64,000 nt of DNA, from positions 159,820 through 223,819 of the forward strand of contig CAWJDO010000003.1 of the NCBI GenBank assembly GCA_963841635.1, read 5' to 3'. Positions 1 to 7,996 of this stretch are shown piece after piece. The notes under the pieces were generated by a model. The model did not search any database and was not told the origin of the DNA. It saw only the letters and a list, made by a program, of their open reading frames with translations. Position numbers and translations under genes: made by a program. The DNA is from Bryobacterales bacterium. GTDB taxonomy: Bacteria > Acidobacteriota > Terriglobia > Bryobacterales > Bryobacteraceae. Within the stretch, counting starts at the first letter, position 1. Every line of letters begins with the position of its first letter.

Positions 1-207
1 CGGATCTACGACTTTCAGCGGGCCACCAGCCTCGAGGCGGCCATCCGAGAAACTGCGGACGGACGGCAGTTGAGGGTCGCGGCGGGCGCAACGATGTGGT
101 ACTTCCCTATGTATCACCCCGGACCTCGTGGAGGAGCGACCCGACCCCTCGTGGAACAGTTGAAAGACTGGTGGCGAATGACCAAGTGTGCCGACTGGCT
201 CGACTAG
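1..207 (+). CDS. 3' end of an unidentified CDS (partial, runs off the window start)
   Basis: Frame 1 is open from base 1 to TAG at 205-207 (...AAGATMWYFPMYHPGPRGGATRPLVEQLKDWWRMTKCADWLD*). No family recognised. Confidence 0.3.
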   Translation, partial: RIYDFQRATSLEAAIRETADGRQLRVAAGATMWYFPMYHPGPRGGATRPLVEQLKDWWRMTKCADWLD

Positions 208-327
208 ACCGACCCTGGGAGCCCACGCTGCAAGTGAGGACGTCAGGACTCGCAAGCGGCTGAAACGCAGGCAAATCGAGAGGTAGGGAATGCGTGATCG
301 GGGTTTGTGCCACACTGTAAACTTCGT

Positions 328-1887
328 ATGCGACCCCAACTTCACGTCTTCGTTCTTTCCCTCGCCGCCGTCTCGGGGGCGTTCGCCCAGACCCGCACGA
401 TTGCCGTCGATACCGGCAAGATCCGCGGTCCCCGCAGCCAGGTCTTCAAGGAGTGCATCGGCGCCGGACGGGCCAACGAGGGACTGCGCGCGGACTGGCA
501 GGCGCAGCTCGCGCTCGTACAGAAGGAGATCGGGTTCAAGTACATCCGCATGCATGGGCTGCTGCACGACGATATGGGTGTCTACAAGGAAGACCGCCAA
601 GGCAACCCGATCTACAACTGGCAGTACATCGACCAGCTGTATGACTTCCTGCTGAGCGTGCGGCTGAAGCCCTTCGTCGAGCTGGGCTTCATGCCGGCGG
701 CCCTGGCCAGCGGCCCCAACACGGTGTTCTGGTGGAAGGGCAACATCACGCCGCCGAAGTCATACGCGAAGTGGGCGGGGCTGATCCAGGCGCTGACGCG
801 CCACTTCGAGGAACGCTACGGGCACGACGAGGTGAAGACCTGGTACTTCGAGGTCTGGAACGAGCCGGACCTGGCGGGGTTCTATACCGGCGACCGCAAA
901 GAGTATTTCAAGCTTTACAGGACTACCGCGGAGGCCATTAAGGGCGTGTCGGCGGACTACCGGGTGGGCGGGCCGGCATCCGCCAGTCCGTACGCGTTCG
1001 AGACCGCGCTGGTGGAGTATTGCGCGGCGAACCACGTGCCGATCGACTTCGTTTCGACGCACAGCTACGGCGTCAAACAGGGCTTCTTCGACGACACCGG
1101 CAACCGGGGCACGGTGCTCGACACGGATCCCGCGGCGGTGAGCGGCCGGATGATCCACTCGCGGGAACTGCTCCGAGGTTCGAAGCTGCCCAACCTGGAG
1201 CTGCATTTCACGGAGTGGAGCTCGTCGTACACACCGACGGATTTTGTTCACGACCAGTATCACCAGGCAGCTTTCATCCTCGACAAGATCAAGAGCGCGC
1301 AGGATGTGGTGAACTCGCTTTCTTACTGGGTGTTCACGGACATCTTCGAAGAGGGCGGGCCTCGCATGACGCCGTTCCACGGTGGATTCGGACTGCTCAA
1401 CTATCAGGCCATCAAGAAGCCGGCGTACTACGCGTACGAGTTTCTGAACCGGCTCGGGCCGACCGAACTGGCGAACGCGGATGCGGCTTCGTGGGTCACT
1501 TCCGACAGCGCGGGCGGTATTCAGTCGCTGTTCTGGGATTTCACTCCGATTTCGCCACCCGAGGGCACGAACGACCAGGTTTACTACAAGGGCGACCTGC
1601 CGTCGAAGGCGAAGGGCAAGGTGCGGTTTGAGGTCGCGGGCGTGCGCGACGGCACTTACTCGGTGGACGTATTCCGCACGGGATACCGCGTGAACGACGC
1701 TTACGGGACTTACCTGGCGCTTGGATCTCCGAGCCAGATTTCGCCGGCGCAGGTTGAGGCGATCAAGCGGGCCAACGACGGCGGGCCGTCCTCGAGCGAG
1801 ATCGTGAAGGTCTCCGGCGGCCGGTTCGCGCGGGAGTTCGACTTGCGCGAGAACGATGTGTTTCTGGTGAGGCTGACGCGGATGTAG
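328..1887 (+). CDS. Glycoside hydrolase family 39-like (beta-xylosidase type), secreted
   Basis: ORF 307-1887. The internal ATG at 328 gives the signal peptide MRPQLHVFVLSLAAVSGAFAQ. GH39-like blocks are present: KYIRMHGLLHDDMGVY, WYFEVWNEPD, FVSTHSY and LHFTEW. Confidence 0.8.
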   Translation: MRPQLHVFVLSLAAVSGAFAQTRTIAVDTGKIRGPRSQVFKECIGAGRANEGLRADWQAQLALVQKEIGFKYIRMHGLLHDDMGVYKEDRQGNPIYNWQYIDQLYDFLLSVRLKPFVELGFMPAALASGPNTVFWWKGNITPPKSYAKWAGLIQALTRHFEERYGHDEVKTWYFEVWNEPDLAGFYTGDRKEYFKLYRTTAEAIKGVSADYRVGGPASASPYAFETALVEYCAANHVPIDFVSTHSYGVKQGFFDDTGNRGTVLDTDPAAVSGRMIHSRELLRGSKLPNLELHFTEWSSSYTPTDFVHDQYHQAAFILDKIKSAQDVVNSLSYWVFTDIFEEGGPRMTPFHGGFGLLNYQAIKKPAYYAYEFLNRLGPTELANADAASWVTSDSAGGIQSLFWDFTPISPPEGTNDQVYYKGDLPSKAKGKVRFEVAGVRDGTYSVDVFRTGYRVNDAYGTYLALGSPSQISPAQVEAIKRANDGGPSSSEIVKVSGGRFAREFDLRENDVFLVRLTRM

Positions 1888-2167
1888 GTCAGCGGCCGAC
1901 TACCTGGCTGGGTATCAACGGTTTCGGCTTCGATGTTCAGCTCCGTCTCACGCTCGAAGACGGCCACCGGACCCTGCGCGTAGTCTTATGCGAGCCCTTG
2001 GAGGAACGCTCGATCGCCTTGAGGGCATGCCGGATAGTTGCTTCATTGTCGGCGAACTCCATTCAGTCCGATTCTCCGAATTGAGATGTCGTGAGGCGGT
2101 GGCTGGGAAGGCGGCGACACCGAAATACAGCGGCGCCTTAAGATCAAAGCAGCCGACGGAGCGCTGA

Positions 2168-2647
2168 CTAGGCTATCCACCTATCGGGCGTCCTCGGGAA
2201 CACAAGATGGTTCCACTTCGCCCGACCGGCCGCAACCGTGTGCACCTGCAGCGGATGCGCTCGCATCTGCCATAACTTCCTCCGGACCGAGACCGGCAAG
2301 GAGGCGCGACAGATCGGGACTCCATGATCAACCGTAAGGAGCGCCTGGCTTGGTGGCGATGTGGAATCGGTCCGCGTGCCCACAGTAGCTATCGCAGTTC
2401 CAAGCGACGTTACGAAGACTCTCGAACCGCCTACCCCCGACACGAACTGCACCACCACCTGTCGAGACTTCAACAGGTTCACCGCCGACGAGGCGAGAGT
2501 CAAGAGACACCCTATGATTTCCCTCCGTGTGAGAGGGGCGGCTGGTGGCCGCCTCAGTGGGACCCGCAGACCGCACCCGCACCAAACGGCGCGGGCGCGC
2601 CACGTCGGTTTGAGGGGCGCACCACAGTTCGGACAACACTGCGTCAT
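2168..2647 (-). CDS. Hypothetical protein with N-terminal zinc-ribbon-like CPNCG...CGCG motif
   Basis: 159-aa ORF starting MTQCCPNCGAPLKPTW. It lies 22 nt downstream of the 2670-3317 ORF on the same strand. Third-codon positions are mostly G/C. The rest of the protein is unrecognisable. Confidence 0.3.
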   Translation of the reverse strand: MTQCCPNCGAPLKPTWRARAVWCGCGLRVPLRRPPAAPLTRREIIGCLLTLASSAVNLLKSRQVVVQFVSGVGGSRVFVTSLGTAIATVGTRTDSTSPPSQALLTVDHGVPICRASLPVSVRRKLWQMRAHPLQVHTVAAGRAKWNHLVFPRTPDRWIA

Positions 2648-2669
2648 ACGCCGCCTCGCTTCAGGAGCT

Positions 2670-3317
2670 TCATCGCATCATCCCTGCTGCAGCAGCCTTC
2701 AGCGCAATGCACGAATCTGCTTGTGCGGACCCCGCCAACGCGCATTCGTGCGCCAGTTCCGCGAAGTAACCTGGCTGCTGTGCGCACATAACATTCACCT
2801 CGGACAACGTGGAAAACCTGCCCTTCGCGCGTTCCAGGCAACTTTGGCGGTTTCCGAACATATCGGCACCCCCTTCCGCTTTGATCCACACGTCCAACTT
2901 GGCAAAGCACGCCCATGAGGCCGACGTGGCCTGCTCAGCAGATCCCGTCTGTTCGAGGTTCTTCAGCCCGCATTCGCATCCCTGCCGTGCAACGGCCAGC
3001 GGCACCATGCCGCTGGGCACAGAGCTTGCCGTGGTCGCTAGGCCTAGACAGTCCTGCCGGAAATAATGCTCGATTATGTCCTGCGACCCTGGCTCTGGCT
3101 CAGAAGTACCTCGTGGCGTTGCGGCTTGATCCTGCTCGGAAGCGGGGGAAGGGGCGGGACTGGTTGGGAGTACCACATCGGACGGCGGTGACTTCTTGCC
3201 CGGTGTGGCATCCGTGCCCCGGTCAAGATTCACGAAGAGAGCCGCCGCAATGCCAAGGCCGAGCAGAAGTCCGCGCGCCAACCACCCGAATCTCGTCGCG
3301 GTGTTGCTCGCCGGCAC
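2670..3317 (-). CDS. Hypothetical membrane-anchored, Cys-containing protein
   Basis: 215-aa ORF with an N-terminal TM segment (WLARGLLLGLGIAAALFV), a Pro/Ser-rich linker and a C-terminal region with 8 Cys. No family recognised. Confidence 0.45.
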   Translation of the reverse strand: MPASNTATRFGWLARGLLLGLGIAAALFVNLDRGTDATPGKKSPPSDVVLPTSPAPSPASEQDQAATPRGTSEPEPGSQDIIEHYFRQDCLGLATTASSVPSGMVPLAVARQGCECGLKNLEQTGSAEQATSASWACFAKLDVWIKAEGGADMFGNRQSCLERAKGRFSTLSEVNVMCAQQPGYFAELAHECALAGSAQADSCIALKAAAAGMMR

Positions 3318-3390
3318 CGCACACAGTGTACACCCTCTGGTGCCAAGCTAGCGGCGCTTCTGGATGTCGCTTCCAGATGTCGGACGGCTC

Positions 3391-5514
3391 TCAGTAGGGC
3401 AGGTGGTTGGACTGCAGGTCCTCGACCTTCTGGCTGCCGGACCTGGGCAGGAGCCACTGGACTCGCTTCTCGGCTGCGACGAAGCCCGTCGGCCGCGTGA
3501 GGGCAAGTTCGAGCGTCAGGCCGAGCATGGTGGGCTTGGGCTGCCAGGTTCCCGAGACCCTCGCGGGCTGATCGAGATCGGCGAAGTCGCGGTCGCCGGA
3601 CGCCACCAGCGCGCTGTCGCGATCGCGCACTTCCCAATGCAGGCGGTAATCGTGCAGCGGGTAGGAGGGCAGCTCCGTGTACGGACGGCGGCGGATGGTG
3701 GCGTTGAAGCCGGCGGGCGTGTCGCCGGGAGTGCCCGTGAATGCCGCTTCGATCCGCGCCGGGGCGTTCAGTTCCTTCCAGACGTAGTAGGACGGGCGGC
3801 GCTGGCGGTCCTCATCGACGACACCGATGTCCACGATTCCTTCCGTATGGCCGGGCCAGAGGTTTTGGTGCGACCTGTAGTCCTGATAGCACCACAGCAG
3901 GGCGCCGATGATCCAGTCGTGGCGGGCGAACTCCGCCATCTGGGTGCGCATGGTCTGGACGCGCAGACGGTCGGACTCCTTCGCGTTGTTGGCGAAGATG
4001 CCCGCGAAGCCGAACTCCGAGATCAACACGGCCTTGTTCGGAAACAGCCGGTCGATTTTGTCCAGGGCCACGGGCAACTGGTCGGACGGGCCGGTCCAGG
4101 TTCCGAAGTACTGATTCATCATGATGAAGTCGGCGTCGTTGGCGGCGTCGTCTTCGGCCTTGGAGATGGCGGGCAGGTCCTGGTCGGCGAAGGTGACGAA
4201 GCGATCGGGGTCCAGCTCGCGGATGAACGCCTTCATCTGGCGGAAGTACGCGCGGCCTTCGGGCGAGGTGGTATCGCTCTCGTTGCAGACGCTCCAGCCG
4301 AAGATGCTGGGGTGGTTTCCGTCCTGCTCGATCATTTCGCGCATCATCTGTTTCGCGAGCGCGATCAGTTTCGGGTCGGCCATCTGCTTTCCGGTCATTT
4401 GCCAGATGGGAATCTCGGGGACCAGAAGAACGCCGTTGCGGTCGGCGAAGTCCAGGATGTAGGGATTCTGGGGATAGTGCACGGGCCGCGTGACGGTGAC
4501 CTGGAGCGCTTTCAGGTCGCGCCAGTCGTGGAGCATGGTGCCGCGGGTTTCGGCCAGGCCTTCCCAGGGCGACTCCTCGTGGCGGGTCATGCCGGAGAGG
4601 CGCACGCGCTCGCCGTTGATGAGCAGGTGGCGGTCGCGCAACTCGATGATGCGGATACCGAAGGTGTCGTTGTGGGTGTCGAGCGGGGGCCCTTGGGAGT
4701 CAACGACGGTCACGCGCATCTGATACACGTTCGGATGGTCGATGCTCCACAGCCGCGGCGTGTTGATTTGCAGCCGCAAGGGAGCCTCGTTCCTGCCGGG
4801 TGCGAGTTCGATTTCGCTCGACTCGGGGTCCCCAGCCGTGGACCCATCCGGGCTTATGGCCTCTGCTTTCACGCGCACGCGCCGCGGCCGGCCGCCGAAG
4901 TTCTCCAGGTAGATGCGGTCGGAGACCAACGCCTGTCCGGCCTCTACCGTGCTGCGGATTTGCTGGCGGCGGACCAGCACTTCGTCGCTCACCGAGAGCC
5001 AGACGTGGCGCACGATGCCGCCGTAGTGCCACCAGTCGTACCAGATGTTCGGGGCAAGGCGCATGGCCCAGCCGGGAATCGTGGCGAGGCCGGGACGGTT
5101 GTCGAGCTCGACCGCCAGGAAATTGGTCTCGCGCGCCTTCGAGGTGATGTCGAAGAAGTACTCCGTGTGGCCGCCCTCGTGGTGGCCAAGTTCTAGGCCG
5201 TTGAGCCAGACGCGGGCTTTGTAGAACGTGGCGCCGAAGTGAATCTCGAGATGCTGGGAGAGCAATGCTCCGGGAAGGTCGAAGGTTTTGAAGTACCAGG
5301 CGACGCCTTCGTAATCGTCGTGGGCGCCGATGTTCCAGGTATGCGGAACGGAAACGGCCTCGGTCTGGGCGGGCAGAGTCTTCGTCCAGGCGGCTTTTTG
5401 GCCTTCCTCTTTCGGATCAGTTAGGAAACGCCAATCGTCGTTCAGGCTGACGCGGGTGGCGGCCTGCGACAGCGCGCAGAAGAGAAGACAGGACAGCAAC
5501 GGAAGCTTGATCAT
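3391..5514 (-). CDS. Glycoside hydrolase family 2 (beta-galactosidase/beta-glucuronidase-like), secreted
   Basis: 707-aa ORF. It has a signal peptide (MIKLPLLSCLLFCALSQAA) and the GH2-typical start SLNDDWRF, plus VPHTWN, GVAWY, VWLNG, HEGGHT and WSVCNES blocks. Confidence 0.85.
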   Translation of the reverse strand: MIKLPLLSCLLFCALSQAATRVSLNDDWRFLTDPKEEGQKAAWTKTLPAQTEAVSVPHTWNIGAHDDYEGVAWYFKTFDLPGALLSQHLEIHFGATFYKARVWLNGLELGHHEGGHTEYFFDITSKARETNFLAVELDNRPGLATIPGWAMRLAPNIWYDWWHYGGIVRHVWLSVSDEVLVRRQQIRSTVEAGQALVSDRIYLENFGGRPRRVRVKAEAISPDGSTAGDPESSEIELAPGRNEAPLRLQINTPRLWSIDHPNVYQMRVTVVDSQGPPLDTHNDTFGIRIIELRDRHLLINGERVRLSGMTRHEESPWEGLAETRGTMLHDWRDLKALQVTVTRPVHYPQNPYILDFADRNGVLLVPEIPIWQMTGKQMADPKLIALAKQMMREMIEQDGNHPSIFGWSVCNESDTTSPEGRAYFRQMKAFIRELDPDRFVTFADQDLPAISKAEDDAANDADFIMMNQYFGTWTGPSDQLPVALDKIDRLFPNKAVLISEFGFAGIFANNAKESDRLRVQTMRTQMAEFARHDWIIGALLWCYQDYRSHQNLWPGHTEGIVDIGVVDEDRQRRPSYYVWKELNAPARIEAAFTGTPGDTPAGFNATIRRRPYTELPSYPLHDYRLHWEVRDRDSALVASGDRDFADLDQPARVSGTWQPKPTMLGLTLELALTRPTGFVAAEKRVQWLLPRSGSQKVEDLQSNHLPY

Positions 5515-5533
5515 GGTGTACCTCGCGACAGGG

Positions 5534-5595
5534 CCGCTCCCTCACGGTCGCGGTTCGGGAAGTTCGACGGAGGCGGGACTGGAGTCCTGCCCCAC
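5534..5595. repeat. Intergenic repeat: right half of family-A REP (CCGCTCCCTCACGGTCGCGGTTCGG) followed by a short family-B palindrome (GGGACTGGAGTCCTGCCCCAC)
   Basis: Direct reading. Coordinates are anchored between the GH2 start (5514) and the VWA stop (5605). The same motifs recur at 7950, 10989, 16798, 18610, 36967, 47863 and 52901. Confidence 0.8.
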
Positions 5596-5604
5596 GGCGT
5601 CGGC

Positions 5605-7884
5605 TCATGGTTGTGCGGGCGGGGCGGCGGCGGCGGCGTTGGGCGGGGCGGGTTCAGCCTCCGTCGCGACCGCATACTTGAGGCTCTGCTCGGCCGAGTC
5701 GCTGCCCTGCGACGCGGTGACTCTCAACTCGTAGTTGCCCGGCTTGACCGGCGCTCCGCCAATCACTACCGGGATGGCGCCGGAGGCGTCGGGGGCGGCC
5801 AGATCCTGCTCTTGTTCGGCAACCACCTGGCCGTCGAGCGTCACCTGGATCTGGACCGACGGCTTTTCGGAGCTCGCCTTGTCCGGATAGACCACGAAGT
5901 ACACGTAGGGCTGGGCGGTGGGTGCGAGGGTCGCGGCCATGTCCGGAACCACGCGCCGGCCCTGGAACTGAAACGGGTCTGTGGGATCGCCCGCGCCGAC
6001 CACCTGCTCGATCTGCTTGGCCAGTATGACGCTGCTCAGACTGAGCCCCTTTCGTTCGGGGTTATCGATCTGCATGGTGCCGGTAGTGGAGTGGCGCGCT
6101 TCCACGTCCACCAGCACGCTGTCTATGGTGTAGCGGCCGGCGGGAAGGCTGAGCGGGTGCGAATAGGAAATCGGCTGTGCCTGCACTTCCGCCATGTTGG
6201 CGTCCGGGATGTCATAAGCGAAATCCTGGCTGAACTTGTCCACCACATCCCCGTCTCCATTCCTCACCAGCGCGAACAGGGCGAGGTGCAGGCGGTGCTT
6301 CTGCTGCGCCGGAATCGGCGTAGCGGTCAGAGTGGAAACCGGCACCTCATAGGCGACGCCGATCTGCGAGTTCTCGGCTTGGGGCCGGAACTGATAGGCA
6401 CCCAACCGGAAGTCGAAGGCGTGGGGCAGGGGCGGGGTACTCAATGTCATCAGGGCGGCCACTTCGAAGGGCTTCAGAGCCGCGCCCTTGAGCTCGGGCA
6501 TGGCGAAGTAGCCGGCGCGGGTTTCGACGGTCAAGTCGGGGCGGGCCGTCTTGATTTCGATCTTGCGGAGACGGCCGTCGTATTTGCCGGAGGGATGGTA
6601 GATCGCCTCGTAGTGGGAGTCCACATCGTCAACGATGTGCTGGAAGGGCTTGCGGAGGTCGTTGGTGTTGGCGATCAGGAAGCCGCCGGTCCCTTCCGCG
6701 AGGGCGCGGAGAGCGGCCTGGGGATCGGAGCCGCGCACGGCATTGTGCAACTCGTCGTCCTGGCGCATCTCAGCCATGGCGGCACCGGCGGCGCCGGTAG
6801 GGCTGGTCGGGGCGGTGCTGTTGCCGCCCTGATTGGCGGGGACTGCCGCATTGTACGTGCCGGCGCTCCCCTGTGACTGGCTGAGAGACCTCACATGGCT
6901 CAGGGCCGAACTGCTCGCCATGGCCGTCGAGTTCTCGCTCAGGCCGTGAACGTCGATGCCGTAAAACGTGATTTTCGCGGCTGCCGCCGTCGTCAGGATC
7001 TTCTTGAAGCGGTCGGGATCGCCGGTAGACGTAAGGCCTGTTGTGAGCAGCAGGACCGTCTTGTGGCCCGGGAGCGTGGCGAATTGCTGGATCATGGCGT
7101 TAATCTGATCGGTCTGGCGAGCCGCTTCGATGTGACCGAATTGCCGGTTCTGCGACGCCAGATCGGCGCGCTGGAAGGCCGCGGATTGCGACGTCTCCAC
7201 ATTCACGTCGCCGATGGCCCTGCCGTAGAGTTCCCCGCCGGAGATGTTCATGCCGTTCTGGTCCGCGGTAACGACGGCCGGATTCATACTGAGCACGGTG
7301 TTGGCCGCGCTGACGAAATCGAGGCTGGGACCGGTAAATGCGTTTTTGGCGGTGGAGATCAGGGCGTTGCGATCGGTAGTGAAGGGCTGGAGCACGTTGA
7401 GACGCGAGGTCAGGTTGAAGATTCCAACCCAGGCGTCGGAGGGCAGGTCGCCCTGGAGGAACTCCTTGGTGGCGTCAACCGCCCATTTCTTGGTGCCAGG
7501 ATCCAGATTCTGGAAAACGATGCACACCACGTTCAGCGCCCGGAGCGGCAAGGATACGGGCTTGGACTTGCCCGGCGTCCCGGCCGAGGCGGAAGAAGCG
7601 GGAACGGGAGCGGAGGCTTTCTGCGGCGTGCCCGGCCCGGTGACAAGCCGGAAGTCGACCAGCGGCTGGAGGACTCCGTCCTCGTAGACCTGGATGTCCC
7701 CGGGCTTGAGGTTCTTTACGACCTTGCCCTTCTTGTCGCGCACAACCAGGTCGAGCGACACCTCGGTGACTGAGGTGCGGATGACGGTACCGGTGTCGGC
7801 CGGAGGCGTGTTCTGGGCCGCGGCCACACCGGCCAGGGCACAGCAGGAAGCGCAGAGAACGGCGAAACCAACGATCTTCTGCAT
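5605..7884 (-). CDS. VWFA-related acidobacterial-type protein (VWA-like domain), paralogue 1
   Basis: ORF 5605-7992. The likely start is the ATG at 7884, which gives the signal peptide MQKIVGFAVLCASCCALAGVAAAQ. Shared blocks with paralogues 3 and 4 include VSLDLVVRDKKGKVVKNLKPGDIQVYEDGVLQ, MRQDDELHNAVR...LRALAEGTGGFLIANTNDL and KYDGRLRKIEIK. Confidence 0.85.
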   Translation of the reverse strand: MQKIVGFAVLCASCCALAGVAAAQNTPPADTGTVIRTSVTEVSLDLVVRDKKGKVVKNLKPGDIQVYEDGVLQPLVDFRLVTGPGTPQKASAPVPASSASAGTPGKSKPVSLPLRALNVVCIVFQNLDPGTKKWAVDATKEFLQGDLPSDAWVGIFNLTSRLNVLQPFTTDRNALISTAKNAFTGPSLDFVSAANTVLSMNPAVVTADQNGMNISGGELYGRAIGDVNVETSQSAAFQRADLASQNRQFGHIEAARQTDQINAMIQQFATLPGHKTVLLLTTGLTSTGDPDRFKKILTTAAAAKITFYGIDVHGLSENSTAMASSSALSHVRSLSQSQGSAGTYNAAVPANQGGNSTAPTSPTGAAGAAMAEMRQDDELHNAVRGSDPQAALRALAEGTGGFLIANTNDLRKPFQHIVDDVDSHYEAIYHPSGKYDGRLRKIEIKTARPDLTVETRAGYFAMPELKGAALKPFEVAALMTLSTPPLPHAFDFRLGAYQFRPQAENSQIGVAYEVPVSTLTATPIPAQQKHRLHLALFALVRNGDGDVVDKFSQDFAYDIPDANMAEVQAQPISYSHPLSLPAGRYTIDSVLVDVEARHSTTGTMQIDNPERKGLSLSSVILAKQIEQVVGAGDPTDPFQFQGRRVVPDMAATLAPTAQPYVYFVVYPDKASSEKPSVQIQVTLDGQVVAEQEQDLAAPDASGAIPVVIGGAPVKPGNYELRVTASQGSDSAEQSLKYAVATEAEPAPPNAAAAAPPAQP

Positions 7885-7949
7885 AACGCTCACTCCATCA
7901 TGACAGGCCGGAGCCTGTCCCACGTCCGGCCTCCAGGGAACTGCACGGA

Positions 7950-7992
7950 GGCGGGTCTGGAGACCCGTTGCAGGACTGGAGTCCTGCCCCAC
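7950..7992. repeat. Family-B double palindrome GGCGGGTCTGGAGACCCGTTGCAGGACTGGAGTCCTGCCCCAC
   Basis: Two adjacent inverted repeats with a GG centre: GGGTCT-GG-AGACCC and CAGGACT-GG-AGTCCTG. The element lies between VWA paralogues 1 and 2. Confidence 0.85.
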
Positions 7993-7996
7993 TGCA

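Noticed and set aside
1937-2062. 41-codon minus-strand ORF (MEFADNEATIRHALKAIERS...) that appears to continue in another frame (ORF 1710-1967)
   Set aside because: It is possibly a frameshifted remnant. However, I recognise no family, and the continuation overlaps the 3' end of the GH39 gene. It was not called.
3364-5196. 610-aa ORF on the + strand
   Set aside because: It is exactly antisense to the well-supported GH2 gene. The product is Gly/Arg/Val/Ala-rich low-complexity sequence, typical of mirror ORFs in high-GC DNA.
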